Positions 16,524-27,200 of a DNA stretch of 64,000 nucleotides are shown here, piece by piece (the first letter of the stretch is position 1; every line of letters begins with the position of its first letter). Origin of the DNA: Thermodesulfobacteriota bacterium (lineage in GTDB: Bacteria; Desulfobacterota_D; UBA1144; Nemesobacterales; UBA2774); assembly GCA_965216785.1 (NCBI GenBank), contig OZ244197.1:608001-672000 (forward strand), given 5' to 3'. Under the pieces are notes generated by a model. The model ran no database searches. It had not been told where the DNA came from and saw only the letters and a list, made by a program, of their open reading frames with translations. The position numbers were made by a program, and so were the translations under genes.

Positions 16524-19500
16524 GTGGCCAATGACAAGCATCACGGTATAGAAGAAATTTATAAATCTCTTGAAAAGAGCGATCCGTTTCGCTCGCTCCT
16601 AAAGCGGGTCAAGTCCGGAGAGCGCAGTATTTCCGCTTCAGGCTTAACCGGACCAGCAAAGCCATATCTAATTAGCGCCTTAACCCGAAAAATCAAAAAC
16701 CCCCTGCTCTATATATCCCCTACAAAGGAAAGCGCGCTCAGGACCCAAAGAGATTTTGCTTACTTTCTCGGAACCTCACCCGGTTTGCTGCTCAAGAAAA
16801 GTCTGGACACGCGAACTTCTCTATTCGCCTCAGACACTGAGTTCTATACGGAAAGGATAGGCCTGCTCCAGTGCCTTACGGAAGGAAAGCTCGTTATAGC
16901 GCAGCCAGAGTGTCTATTCGAGACATTCATGCCTAGAGCCGTCTATAATAAATCACTGATTACAATCTCCAAAGGCGACACACTTTTAAGGGATGATTTT
17001 ATATCTAATCTAAGATCTCTTGGCTATAGCGAGACCGACTTTGTACAGCGGGCGGGAGAAATGGGAACAAGGGGCGCTATTGTGGACATATTCAGCCCGG
17101 GTCGGGACAGTCCGCTGAGAATTGAATTTTTAGGGGACGAAATAGGCTCTATAAGGAAATTCAGCTCAGAAGACCAGAAATCTAAAGAAAAAATAGATAG
17201 CGCGCTCGTTTTGCCGGCGAGTGAAATTATTATGACCCAAAAGGCTATCGGGGACGCAATAAAATACCTTAAGATTAAAGCCGGGGAGAACGAGGTTACC
17301 GCAAGAAATAAACTCTCTGTAATTGAAGAGATAGAGCGCACAGACAGGTTCTTGAACATCGAATGGCTCCTGCCCGCGTTTTACAAAGAATTGAGTACAG
17401 TGTGGGACTATTTAGCAGAAAATACCGTCGTTGTATATGATGAGCCTATTGAGATATCAAGCGCATACGGAGCATTCGAAGCTTCACTGCCCGAAACTAA
17501 AGCTCTACTGAAAAAACACCTTAAGATTTGGCCCGAAACAACTGAGCTTTTTATTACTAGGAAAGATGTGGAAAGGCATATATCTGATAACAGAGGTATT
17601 GACCTGAGCGAGCTTGAGGTAGGCGGGGAAAAACAAAGCGCGGCAATATTTCATACAGAGCCCGTGTCACTTAAAACCGGCACAGAGGCTGAATCCCCGG
17701 TAGACGCTCTTATTGAAGAATATTCAGAGCGCAAAAAAGAAGGGACCGAGTTTCGCCTCGCTTTTAATACGGAGAACGAGAGTGATAAGATGAGGGCACT
17801 CTTAAAAGACCGGGAGATCGAGGATTTAAATATTCAGACCGGAAGCCTCTCGGGGAGCTTCAGATTCACTGAAGCAAGGCTTGAAATACTTTGTGAAAAG
17901 GACATATTCGGCGAAAAACGGCGGCGGGCCTCATATAAAGCCTCAAAAGATGTCCCATCCGCGTTTATTACCTCATTCAGCGATCTTAAGCCGGGTGATT
18001 ATATAGTGCATGTGGACTTTGGCATAGGGATATTCAGAAACCTGAAGAGGCTTAAAATAGGAGAGGCCGAAGGGGATTTTATACAGTGTGAGTACGCGGG
18101 CGGCGACAAGATATATGTGCCGATTGATAAGATCAAACTTGTGCAGCGCTACGTGGGTGACGGTAAGCCCGCTAAGATCGATAAGCTCGGGCAGGAGAGC
18201 TGGGGCAGAAGAGTAAAAAGGGTAAGAAGGGCTGTTGAATCGGTAGCAAGAGAGCTGCTCATACTCTACGCCCGGAGAAAAGCCGTGAAGGGATTTGGAT
18301 TCTCGCCAAGGGACGAGATGTTCTCAGAGTTTGAGCTCAGCTTCCCATATGACGAGACACCTGATCAGGAAGCCGCGATCGAAGAGGTTTTGTCCGACAT
18401 GGAAAAGCCCTCGCCTATGGACAGACTGATTTGCGGCGATGTGGGTTTTGGGAAAACGGAAGTGGCCTTACGGGCCGCATTTAGGGCAGCGGCGGACGGA
18501 AAGCAGGTTGCGCTCCTGGTTCCTACAACGCTCCTTGCGCACCAGCACTACAAGACCTCAGTCGAAAGGCTTTCCGGGTATGCGATCACCGTGGACGTGC
18601 TCTCACGCTTTCGCTCGGCCAAGGAAGAAAAAGAAATATTATCAAAATTGAAAGAGGGGAAGCTGGACATCATAATCGGGACACATAAGCTCCTTGGCGA
18701 TAAAATAGCGTTTAAAGACCTAGGGCTCGTTATAGTGGACGAAGAGCACCGCTTCGGCGTCACGCAAAAGGAAAAGCTCAAAAAATTAAAAGAGGCCGTA
18801 GACACTGTTTCCATGAGCGCAACCCCTATTCCCAGAACGCTGCAGCTCTCACTTGCGAAGATACGCGACATAAGCCTTATCAACACTCCGCCCCTGGGAC
18901 GGCAGTCTATAGAAACTTATGTTCACCACTCCGAGCAGAAGATCATTACCGATGCGATACAAAGAGAGCTTGCGCGCAGCGGAAGTGTGTTTTTCATACA
19001 TAACCGTATCCAGGATATTCACCGTGTGGCGGAAAAAGTAAGCAAGCTCGTACCAGAGGCAAGGATTGAAGTGACACACGGGCGGATGAGAGAGAAACCT
19101 CTTGAAGAGGCGATATCCCGGTTCATCCGGGGTGAAGCGGATATACTGGTGAGCACCGCCATTGTGGAATCGGGTCTCGATATACCAAGAGCAAACACAA
19201 TTATTATTGACGACGCCCACACGTTCGGGCTTGCAGACTTGTATCAGCTAAGGGGCAGAGTGGGACGCTCGCAGAGAAAGGCTTACGCTTATTTACTCAT
19301 CCCCGGGAGGGGATCTATCACCCAGGACGCCCGCAGAAGATTAAAAGCTATTTCTCAGTTAAAAGAGCTTGGCTCAGGCTACAGGCTCGCTCTTACCGAT
19401 TTGGAAATACGGGGGGCCGGGCACCTGTTCGGGAACGAGCAGTCGGGGCATATTGCCGATGTGGGACTCGAGCTTTATCTGGATATGCTTGAAGGGGCGG

Positions 19501-19943
19501 TCAAAAGGCTCGAAGGTAAAGTCTCGCGGGAAGAAATCGAACCCGACATAACGGTAAGTCTGCCTGCATTCATACCGGACGACTACATTCCGAGCGACAG
19601 TGAGAGGCTGCTATTCTATAAGAGATTGTCGGCGAGTGCCACGAATAAGGAGCTTAAAGCCCTTAAGGCCGAGCTGCAAGACCGGTTCGGCAAGGCTCCG
19701 CAACAGGTATTAAATCTTATCGAGCTTATAGAGCTTAAGATATTTTTGAAGAAGCTAGGAGTGGAAAAAGCGGAGATCGGGAAAAAGAAAGTTTCCATAA
19801 AATTCCTTTCAGACTCCAAGCTGTATAGCGTGTTTCCACCTGAGGGCAAGATGGAGATTTTTCTTGAAGACAAGCCCTATATAGGCGATATAAAGAACAT
19901 ACTGCAATATCTTGTCGATAAGGGAAAGAACTCCAAAACATAA
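16524..19943 (+). CDS. mfd: Transcription-repair coupling factor
   Basis: UvrB-homology region; RID (VHVDFGIG); GDVGFGKTEVA; DEEHRFG; DLEIRGAG; TRCF domain. Confidence 0.97.
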   Translation: MANDKHHGIEEIYKSLEKSDPFRSLLKRVKSGERSISASGLTGPAKPYLISALTRKIKNPLLYISPTKESALRTQRDFAYFLGTSPGLLLKKSLDTRTSLFASDTEFYTERIGLLQCLTEGKLVIAQPECLFETFMPRAVYNKSLITISKGDTLLRDDFISNLRSLGYSETDFVQRAGEMGTRGAIVDIFSPGRDSPLRIEFLGDEIGSIRKFSSEDQKSKEKIDSALVLPASEIIMTQKAIGDAIKYLKIKAGENEVTARNKLSVIEEIERTDRFLNIEWLLPAFYKELSTVWDYLAENTVVVYDEPIEISSAYGAFEASLPETKALLKKHLKIWPETTELFITRKDVERHISDNRGIDLSELEVGGEKQSAAIFHTEPVSLKTGTEAESPVDALIEEYSERKKEGTEFRLAFNTENESDKMRALLKDREIEDLNIQTGSLSGSFRFTEARLEILCEKDIFGEKRRRASYKASKDVPSAFITSFSDLKPGDYIVHVDFGIGIFRNLKRLKIGEAEGDFIQCEYAGGDKIYVPIDKIKLVQRYVGDGKPAKIDKLGQESWGRRVKRVRRAVESVARELLILYARRKAVKGFGFSPRDEMFSEFELSFPYDETPDQEAAIEEVLSDMEKPSPMDRLICGDVGFGKTEVALRAAFRAAADGKQVALLVPTTLLAHQHYKTSVERLSGYAITVDVLSRFRSAKEEKEILSKLKEGKLDIIIGTHKLLGDKIAFKDLGLVIVDEEHRFGVTQKEKLKKLKEAVDTVSMSATPIPRTLQLSLAKIRDISLINTPPLGRQSIETYVHHSEQKIITDAIQRELARSGSVFFIHNRIQDIHRVAEKVSKLVPEARIEVTHGRMREKPLEEAISRFIRGEADILVSTAIVESGLDIPRANTIIIDDAHTFGLADLYQLRGRVGRSQRKAYAYLLIPGRGSITQDARRRLKAISQLKELGSGYRLALTDLEIRGAGHLFGNEQSGHIADVGLELYLDMLEGAVKRLEGKVSREEIEPDITVSLPAFIPDDYIPSDSERLLFYKRLSASATNKELKALKAELQDRFGKAPQQVLNLIELIELKIFLKKLGVEKAEIGKKKVSIKFLSDSKLYSVFPPEGKMEIFLEDKPYIGDIKNILQYLVDKGKNSKT

Positions 19944-20072
19944 ATTGTATGGGTACTAATTTGGATTAATAAATGAAGATGCTGGAAGTTATCACGCTAT
20001 CCCTTATAATTATTGGATACTGAAATACAAAACCGGGAAATCGGGATTTATTTAAACGGGAGTCATATCATA

Positions 20073-21053
20073 ATGAAAACAATAACAGCGCTGATGGCTA
20101 AAACACTGGCACTGATACTGGTTGTATCATTTTCACTTCAAACTGTGGTGGCGCAGGAAACTGTGGACAGAGTCGTAGCTGTAGTAAACGATGATGTTAT
20201 TACGTTATCGGAGCTAACGGAAATGGCTCTTAGCTTGAACCCTACCTCTACACAGCCAATGAATGACAGGGAGCTTCTGGATAAAATGATCGAGCAGAAG
20301 CTTTTTGAGCAGGAAGCTGAAAAACGGGGGATAACGGTATCGGAGGCGGAGCTCGATGCAAGCATCGAAGGGGTAAAACAAAGATACAACCTGAACGATG
20401 AGCAGATGGCTGAGGTGCTTAAAAAACAGGGGCTGACACCAGAGGCGTTCAGGGCACAGTGGAAAGCGCAGACTCTGGGCAACAAACTACTTGAGTCGCA
20501 GCTTAAGAATAAAATCGTTGTGACTGATGATGAAATAAGAAGATACTATGAACGTAACTACCTGGGTACAGGTTCAAACGGCTCTACGCTGGATGAGGAG
20601 ACAGTACGTATTGCGCACATAATGATTTCGTATAAGACTCAGGACGCCGCAAAAGTAGCGGAGCAAGTGGCGGACCTGGCGAAATCGGGCGAAGACTTCG
20701 ACAACCTTGCCGAGAAGTTCTCAGACGACGCGTCATCGGCTGATAACGGAGGAGACATGGGTTACTTTAGGAAAGGTGATTTGATAGATAGTATGGAGTA
20801 CGCTGTCGTAGCGACCCCTGTGGGCAGTATAACGGGCCCGGTCGAGTCACCTGCCGGATATCACATAATTAAGGTACTGGAAAGATCTGAGCCTGATTAC
20901 GATACAGGCTCTGACGAGGCCGAGCTTGTCGAAATAGACGACGCTACCAAAACTGAAATCCATGAGACCTTGATGAGGGAAAAAGCCCAGAACCAGCTCA
21001 AGGCCTGGCTTGAAGGTATGAGGGAAAACGCTTATATAGAGAATAAATATTAA
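20073..21053 (+). CDS. SurA-like periplasmic chaperone / peptidyl-prolyl isomerase
   Basis: Signal peptide; DRVVAVVNDDVITLSEL; AHIMI..FDNLAEKFSDD..GGDMGYF..GYHIIKV; follows mfd. Confidence 0.88.
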   Translation: MKTITALMAKTLALILVVSFSLQTVVAQETVDRVVAVVNDDVITLSELTEMALSLNPTSTQPMNDRELLDKMIEQKLFEQEAEKRGITVSEAELDASIEGVKQRYNLNDEQMAEVLKKQGLTPEAFRAQWKAQTLGNKLLESQLKNKIVVTDDEIRRYYERNYLGTGSNGSTLDEETVRIAHIMISYKTQDAAKVAEQVADLAKSGEDFDNLAEKFSDDASSADNGGDMGYFRKGDLIDSMEYAVVATPVGSITGPVESPAGYHIIKVLERSEPDYDTGSDEAELVEIDDATKTEIHETLMREKAQNQLKAWLEGMRENAYIENKY

Positions 21054-21101
21054 TCCTCGTTTTTCCCTAACAAACCCCTACTCTTAATTAATTGATAACA
21101 G

Positions 21102-21608
21102 TTACTCGGGTGTAAGTCTGAGAATCATTTCCCGTTGGCTCGGGTATTGATCGAGAAGCGCCCGCCTTTCGGGAAACTCATGATCCGAGAAGTCAAAACC
21201 GGGCGCAACTGTTGTTCCCATGAGCGCGAAATTTCCGCCTTCCAGTAGAAACGAGCCCTGCCAAACCCCTGCCGGAACAACCACTTGGACAAACTGTCCT
21301 ACCTGTAGGTCCTGCCCCAGAAAAAGTACCTTGGTGGTACCGTCGGGGAATAGCTGAACCATTTGTACGGGGTCCCCGAGGTAGAAGTGATAAATCTCAT
21401 CTGATTTCAACCTGTGTATATTGGATTGTGTTTCGGGCGTCAGGAGATAGAATATCGCCGTGCTTTGTGCCTTGTCAGTACCGTAACGCTCGTGGAGCGC
21501 AGCTTTATCCACGAGCTCGTTTGATCTGTATGTTTCTGAATAGTATCCGCCTTCTCCAGGCAGGAGTTTCATATTGTACAGCTTGATAATCCTTTCTGCG
21601 GTTATCAT
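21102..21608 (-). CDS. Cupin_5 (DUF985) protein
   Basis: PGEGGYYSETYRS; STAIFYLL; HRLKSDEIYHFYLG; VAPGFDFSD. Confidence 0.9.
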   Translation of the reverse strand: MITAERIIKLYNMKLLPGEGGYYSETYRSNELVDKAALHERYGTDKAQSTAIFYLLTPETQSNIHRLKSDEIYHFYLGDPVQMVQLFPDGTTKVLFLGQDLQVGQFVQVVVPAGVWQGSFLLEGGNFALMGTTVAPGFDFSDHEFPERRALLDQYPSQREMILRLTPE

Positions 21609-21743
21609 CCGGCGCCTCCAAAATTATGGATTCAATATATTAACCAGATTTCGCCGGAGTTTAAAAATTGCCTCTTGAAGTGCCGGAAAACGTGATTAAT
21701 TTCAAAGTGTAAAGATAAAATATGACATCAGGAGGTATTGAAA

Positions 21744-22172
21744 ATGAGACTTAAAGTTTGGGAACCTTTTAGAAGCTTTAAACCCTTTTACGGGGATATG
21801 GAAAGATGGTTTGATGACGCTCCGGGAAGCGTTGAGGAAAGGGCGTGGCGCCCCGATGTTGACGTTTACGAGACAGAGGGAAGTTATGTGCTTAAGGCGG
21901 ACCTTCCGGGCATAAATAAAGAAGACATCAAGATCGATGTAAACGATAACACCCTTACGTTTAAAGGGGAAAAGAAGTTCGAAGAGAAGACCGAGAAAGA
22001 GGGCTACGTTAGAGTAGAGAGGAGTTACGGAAGCTTTACGAGAAGCTTCTCGCTATCGGACAACGTCGATCCGGAGAACATCAAAGCAAGCTACAAAGAC
22101 GGCGTATTAGAAATTACGCTTGCCAAGAGAGAAGAAGCGAAACCAAAAGAAATAAACATAGAAGTCAACTAA
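21744..22172 (+). CDS. Hsp20/alpha-crystallin small heat-shock protein
   Basis: PDVDVYE; ADLPG; ERSYGSFTRSF; ASYKDGVLEI; IEV tail. Confidence 0.95.
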   Translation: MRLKVWEPFRSFKPFYGDMERWFDDAPGSVEERAWRPDVDVYETEGSYVLKADLPGINKEDIKIDVNDNTLTFKGEKKFEEKTEKEGYVRVERSYGSFTRSFSLSDNVDPENIKASYKDGVLEITLAKREEAKPKEINIEVN

Positions 22173-22180
22173 AGTTATCA

Positions 22181-22210
22181 GAGCGGCTCCACAAGGAGCC
22201 GCTCATTTTT
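22181..22210 (+). terminator. Intrinsic terminator after hsp20
   Basis: GAGCGGCTCC-ACAA-GGAGCCGCTC then ATTTTT. Confidence 0.88.
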
Positions 22211-22230
22211 CCCCTACTAAAAATATCCAT

Positions 22231-23169
22231 CTAGATACCGAGCTTTTCCCTTAGAACAAGGTCCATGGGCTTATTTTTATTCCAATAGTCGGTAATGAGG
22301 GTTTTATCTATGGTTGCTTTTGTTGTGAGCTCGCGCGCGTTCTCGCCAAATCCGCTTTTGTAAGTTTCCTCCCATGAGACTATCTCGTAGGGGAAATCCT
22401 TTTTGAATGTGACGAGTAACGAGCGGTTTGAGTCAGGATAAGTAATCTTATAGTCCATGAGTGAAGAGGGATCTTCAGTATTTCTTCCGAGAGAAGCCTC
22501 TGCGGACTCAACTGCAAGCTCTCTGTGGGTAAGTCTTGAGGCCATTGCTCCGGGGATTATATTAATCTTCCCGATGGGAAGGCTGTCGGGGTTTATCCTG
22601 ATACGGGTCCAGAGCTCGTCTTCTAAAAACTCTTCTTCCAGATCAAATGTTCTATCTCCTTCTGACTCAAAGTAAGAAAAACTCTGAACCTGATAACCTT
22701 TGTCCTGCAGATTTAACTGAGTGAAAGTGTTACCGCACCATTCCTGAGAGGATGAGGACAATTTGAGGGTATTGGGGAACCGCTCTATATCTACAGGCGT
22801 AAATACAGAGTCCATCATCGAGTAGCGGTATATACCCGTATCGAACTTCTTTATCCTGTTGAGCTTCATAATTCTTACCTTGTCGGCACCAGCCCGAGCT
22901 GGCCTGTCTAATTTGACCTGTTTTTCCTTAGAGAAATCCTCGGTGACGAAAACGAGTACCGAATAGCCGCTGTGTAGCTCTCCGTAGCGCGCCTGCTCGA
23001 GCTTGTAACTCGTGATTTCGGCTTTCCCGGAGTTCCAGTAGTTTTTAAATTGGGGGGAGTCAATGGAATTCCGTTTTGCCTGAGTTTCTCCATAAACATC
23101 AAAAGTTATAAAAAGTGAGGATATCGTTAGAAAAAGCACGGAAATCCATAATATATTCTTAGTATTCAT
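22231..23169 (-). CDS. Conserved secreted hypothetical protein
   Basis: Signal peptide; YWNSGKAEITSYKLEQARYGE; FVTEDF; SSQEWCG; AGGAGG RBS. Confidence 0.75.
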   Translation of the reverse strand: MNTKNILWISVLFLTISSLFITFDVYGETQAKRNSIDSPQFKNYWNSGKAEITSYKLEQARYGELHSGYSVLVFVTEDFSKEKQVKLDRPARAGADKVRIMKLNRIKKFDTGIYRYSMMDSVFTPVDIERFPNTLKLSSSSQEWCGNTFTQLNLQDKGYQVQSFSYFESEGDRTFDLEEEFLEDELWTRIRINPDSLPIGKINIIPGAMASRLTHRELAVESAEASLGRNTEDPSSLMDYKITYPDSNRSLLVTFKKDFPYEIVSWEETYKSGFGENARELTTKATIDKTLITDYWNKNKPMDLVLREKLGI

Positions 23170-23300
23170 TTATGCACTGCCTCCTGTTTGATAGCTAAAA
23201 GTGTAGCATGAGAAAACGGTCTTACTCACAGAAAATTTAGATGAGAGTCAGGGGAGTAAGATGCAGTAAAGTAGAAAAGTTAAGACCAGGACAGGTTTTA

Positions 23301-23348
23301 ATAAAAACAAGGGCAAGCCAGTGAAAGCGGATTTCACCGGCTCGCCCT
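23301..23348 (-). terminator. Orphan intrinsic terminator
   Basis: AGGGCGAGCCGGTGAAA-TCCGC-TTTCACTGGCTTGCCCT-TGTTTTTAT; the stem is fully paired (with G-U) only on the minus strand. Confidence 0.8.
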
Positions 23349-23450
23349 ATGGAGGATGATGGCGGAATTACCTTAAAAAACATCTTATAAAATATCTCTT
23401 AGAAAAATGCCGAGGCGGAATTGATTTGAATCAATTCAACCATCACCCGA
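23301..23450 (-). ncRNA. Candidate ~150-nt small RNA
   Basis: TATAGT -10 at 23456-23461, a long stem, an orphan intrinsic terminator, and no minus-strand CDS upstream. Confidence 0.5.
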
Positions 23451-23684
23451 TACTAACTATAAACCTAATGTGGAAAATAAGACAGTGGACTCAGGTATGT
23501 ATTTTACTTCATGCTTTTTACTTATATAAAGAACACGCTAATACTTTTGTATTAAGGCTAAAGTTAATATTTCCGAGGGCTAAATCTAGGGGGAAGAAAC
23601 GACTTTCATTTAATATACACTACTTTAAAAACACTTACCATAAACTTATGGTAATTTTATATGCCCGAGAGGGTATTTAATCAA

Positions 23685-24686
23685 ATGAAAAAGATTATTG
23701 ATAACTGGGTACATATTCCGGGAGTACACTGCGGCTCGGTTACGCTAAGGGACGTGGCGACATACTACGGCTATGATTGGTCGGAACCGCTTTGTTTCGG
23801 TATAGGAGGGGGTCTGGGGTTCTACTACACAAAAAGAGACGACATTAGCCCTACTCGTATGATATTCGTAAGGGGGCCTCATATGGAGCCTACGTTTTTT
23901 AGCCTTGCAGACAAACCGACCGAATGGAAGCACGGGAATGGGGAAACCCTGGGTATTATAAAAAGCTCTATCGATAGGAAAGTCCCTGTTATTATTCAGA
24001 CAGACATTTATTACCTCCACTATTACGAGTCCTCCACTCACTTCCCGGGGCACATAGTATCGGTATGGGGGTACGATGACGATGAAGAGAAGATATTCGT
24101 TGCCGACAACCATTTTGAGGGACTGAAAGAAGTAGATTTCGCGTCATTTCTGGAGGGTATGGGTTCCAAAGAAAAGTCAAACCCTCTTGATTACAACTAT
24201 ATAGAAGCGGAACCGGGCAAGCTGAGGGAGCTTACGGAGCTTATTCCGCTGGCAATACGGGAGAACGCGAGAAAAATGATTGAGGGTGTAAGCGGGGGAC
24301 GAGGTGAGTCGGGCGTTTCTCTCATTAAATCTTGGGCTGAGGACTTGCCCAATTGGCATCAGGTACGGGACTGGAAGTGGTGCGCAAGATTTGGGTATCA
24401 GGTGATTAAGAAAAGGGGCGTCGGGGGCGCCGGATTCAGGTGGATATACAGGGATTTTCTGAGGGAGGCTGAGGAAACTCTGCCCGCTCTCAAAGATTTG
24501 AATTTATCCCGGGAAATGGATGAGATCGGGGAGAGGTGGAGCGGTATCGCGGAGCTCTTGAAAGAGATAAGCATAAAAGAGGCGCCAGATAAATATCTTC
24601 TCAAAAAAGCATCTGAAAGGGCTTTTGAGATTTGGGAAATGGAAAGAGAGTTCTATGAGAAAGCGCTTAGGGAAGTGAATGTATGA
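23685..24686 (+). CDS. BtrH N-terminal / DUF4872 papain-like protein
   Basis: GVHCGS (Cys); SEPLCFGIGGGLGF; HFPGHIVSVWGYD (His); GGAGFRWIYRDFL. Confidence 0.8.
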   Translation: MKKIIDNWVHIPGVHCGSVTLRDVATYYGYDWSEPLCFGIGGGLGFYYTKRDDISPTRMIFVRGPHMEPTFFSLADKPTEWKHGNGETLGIIKSSIDRKVPVIIQTDIYYLHYYESSTHFPGHIVSVWGYDDDEEKIFVADNHFEGLKEVDFASFLEGMGSKEKSNPLDYNYIEAEPGKLRELTELIPLAIRENARKMIEGVSGGRGESGVSLIKSWAEDLPNWHQVRDWKWCARFGYQVIKKRGVGGAGFRWIYRDFLREAEETLPALKDLNLSREMDEIGERWSGIAELLKEISIKEAPDKYLLKKASERAFEIWEMEREFYEKALREVNV

Positions 24687-25360
24687 AGCTGCTACTATTT
24701 GACATTGACGGGACACTGCTTAGAACCAACGGAGCGGGCTCAAGGGCTGTGCAGAAGGCTTTTGAAAGGGTACACGGCCTGGATATCGCTATTGAAGCAA
24801 TAGACTTTGCGGGAAAGACAGACCCGCTTATTCTGAAAGAGATATATAAAAATGAGCTCGATAGGGAACACTCTGTAGAAGAAGCCCGGGAAATTTACAG
24901 ACATTATATCTACCACCTCAGGGAAGAGATAAAAACCGCTGAGATTACTGTAATGCCGGGGGTGAGAGAGCTCCTGCAATTACTCTCACAGAGAGAGGAC
25001 CTGGCGCTCGGGGTAGCAACCGGCAACATCGAGGAAGGGGCGTATATAAAACTCACCAAAGCAAATCTTGAAACGCACTTTAGCTTCGGGGGCTTCGGCT
25101 CAGACTCGGAAATTAGAGAAGAGCTTGTAAGAAGGGCTATAGAAAGGGCTCACGCGCATACAAACCACAAGGGCGTTTTCGAGGAGACTTATGTAATCGG
25201 GGATACCCCATTTGATATAAACCACGGAAGGGCCGCAGGGGCACTGACTGTGGCGGTATCAACCGGGAGTTACACGAAAATGGAGCTAAGTGAGCACAAG
25301 CCTGATTATCTTTACGATGACCTTACCGACATTGGCAGCCTTATGAAGTTATTCAACTGA
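24683..25360 (+). CDS. HAD-family hydrolase (phosphoglycolate phosphatase-like)
   Basis: FDIDGTL; ATGN; IGDTPFD; overlaps the upstream stop. Confidence 0.9.
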   Translation: MKLLLFDIDGTLLRTNGAGSRAVQKAFERVHGLDIAIEAIDFAGKTDPLILKEIYKNELDREHSVEEAREIYRHYIYHLREEIKTAEITVMPGVRELLQLLSQREDLALGVATGNIEEGAYIKLTKANLETHFSFGGFGSDSEIREELVRRAIERAHAHTNHKGVFEETYVIGDTPFDINHGRAAGALTVAVSTGSYTKMELSEHKPDYLYDDLTDIGSLMKLFN

Positions 25361-25412
25361 TTTAAACCAAGAAGACTTTCTGAAACAAAATTACGGATTT
25401 CACAAACCTAAT

Positions 25413-25450
25413 AAAAAAGCGGGCTGACCTAAGACAGGAAAGCCCGCTTT
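25413..25450 (-). terminator. Terminator after groEL (possibly bidirectional)
   Basis: AAAAAAGCGGGCT...AGCCCGCTTT. Confidence 0.8.
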
Positions 25451-25489
25451 ACAGTTTCATAAGTTTTATCTTTTTCTTTTTGGTACAGC

Positions 25490-27154
25490 TTACATCATGC
25501 CTGTGCCCATACCGCCCATCATGCCGCCTACCTGGGGTGGACCGCCGCCCATGCCTCCGCCGCCGGCTTCGACTTCAATCGGTTTTTCAGCAACTAGGGC
25601 TTCTGTTGTTAGGAGGAGTCCCGCTACTGAGGATGCGTTAAGGATGGCGCTCCTACTTACCTTCGCAGGATCGATGATGCCGGCTGCTATGAGGTCTGTG
25701 TACTCTAGCTTGCCTGCGTCAAACCCCTCAGGGCCCTTGGCCTCGCTCACTTTGCCTACTACTATGGAGCCGTCCCAGCCTGCGTTGCCCGCTATGCCCC
25801 TTAAAGGCTCTTCGAGAACTCGCTTAACTATACGTACTCCCGCTTTCTCCTCTTCGTCAGCTCCGGTGAACGCGTCTACCGCTTTAATGGCTCTTATGAA
25901 CCCTACGCCGCCACCGGGGACTATCCCCTCTTCTACCGCGGCTCTTGTAGCGTTCAGTGCGTCCTCCACTCTTGCTTTCTTCTCTTTCATCTCGGCCTCT
26001 GTAGCTGCTCCTACTCTTATTACCGCTACTCCGCCTGCGAGCTTCGCGAGACGCTCCTGGAGCTTCTCACGGTCATACTCACCTGAAGCATTGTCTACCT
26101 GGGCTTTGATCTGTTTTATTCTTCCTTCGATCTCGCCCTTCTTGCCTGCTCCGCCAACTATTGTCGTGTTGTCTTTATCTATTACTACTTTCTTTGCTCT
26201 TCCAAGATCGGTGAGCTTTGTGCCCTCTAGCTTCATACCAACCTCTTCGGCTACCACTTTACCGCCTGTGAGTATCGCTATGTCCTCTAGCATTGACTTA
26301 CGTCTGTCGCCAAACCCAGGGGCTTTTATTGCGGCCACTTTAAGCGTGCCTCTGATCTTGTTCACTACGAGTGTTGCGAGAGCCTCGCCCTCTATGTCCT
26401 CTGCCATTACTAAAAGAGGCTTGGTGCTCCTGGCTACTTCCTCAAGGAGAGGTACCAGGTCTTTCATGTTGGAGATTTTTTTGTCGTACATTAAGATGAC
26501 AGGGTCTTCGAGCTCGATCTGCATCTTCTCAGGCTCTGTTACGAAGTAGGGGCTTAGGTAGCCTCTGTCAAACTGCATTCCCTCAACCACGTCAAGCTCT
26601 GTGTCGAGGCTTCTTCCCTCTTCTACGGTGATTACGCCGTCTTTACCAACTTTTTCCATTGCGTCCGCGATGATGTTACCGATAGTCGCATCGCCGTTTG
26701 CGGATACCGTAGCTACCTGGGCTATTTCTGTTCTGCCCTTTACCTGCTTACTCTGCTTACGGATGCTCTCTACCACTACCTCTACGGCTTTGTCTATGCC
26801 CCTTTTGAGTTTCATCGGGTCATGGCCCGCGGCTACGAGTTTAATGCCCTCGCGGAATATTGCCTGTGCAAGCACTGTCGCCGTCGTCGTGCCGTCTCCG
26901 GCTACGTCACTTGTGCGCGACGCTACCTCTTTTACCATCTGAGCGCCCATGTTCTCGAACTTGTCCTCTAGCTCTATCTCTTTGGCTACCGTTACGCCGT
27001 CCTTGGTTACCACGGGGGCGCCGAATGTCTTTTCTATAAGTACGTTTCTACCCCTGGGGCCCAGTGTGGCTTTTACCGCGTTTGCCAGCTGGTTTACTCC
27101 GCTCAGTACTGCCTCCTGAGCCTCTCTGTCAAATTTAATTTCCTTTGCTGCCAT
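25490..27154 (-). CDS. groL: Chaperonin GroEL
   Basis: AKEIKF; TLGPRGRNV; [12 protein letters not shown]; GGM tail. Confidence 0.99.
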   Translation of the reverse strand: MAAKEIKFDREAQEAVLSGVNQLANAVKATLGPRGRNVLIEKTFGAPVVTKDGVTVAKEIELEDKFENMGAQMVKEVASRTSDVAGDGTTTATVLAQAIFREGIKLVAAGHDPMKLKRGIDKAVEVVVESIRKQSKQVKGRTEIAQVATVSANGDATIGNIIADAMEKVGKDGVITVEEGRSLDTELDVVEGMQFDRGYLSPYFVTEPEKMQIELEDPVILMYDKKISNMKDLVPLLEEVARSTKPLLVMAEDIEGEALATLVVNKIRGTLKVAAIKAPGFGDRRKSMLEDIAILTGGKVVAEEVGMKLEGTKLTDLGRAKKVVIDKDNTTIVGGAGKKGEIEGRIKQIKAQVDNASGEYDREKLQERLAKLAGGVAVIRVGAATEAEMKEKKARVEDALNATRAAVEEGIVPGGGVGFIRAIKAVDAFTGADEEEKAGVRIVKRVLEEPLRGIAGNAGWDGSIVVGKVSEAKGPEGFDAGKLEYTDLIAAGIIDPAKVSRSAILNASSVAGLLLTTEALVAEKPIEVEAGGGGMGGGPPQVGGMMGGMGTGMM

Positions 27155-27200
27155 TTGTTTGTTGCCTCCTCAGAATAAAATCTGAATATTTGAACTCTAT

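Noticed and set aside
25497-26549. 350-aa ORF antisense to groEL, and similar shadows (10515-11411, 7762-8364, 61572-62135, 3675-3983)
   Set aside because: They lie opposite clearly identified genes, have no motifs, and are explained by codon bias.
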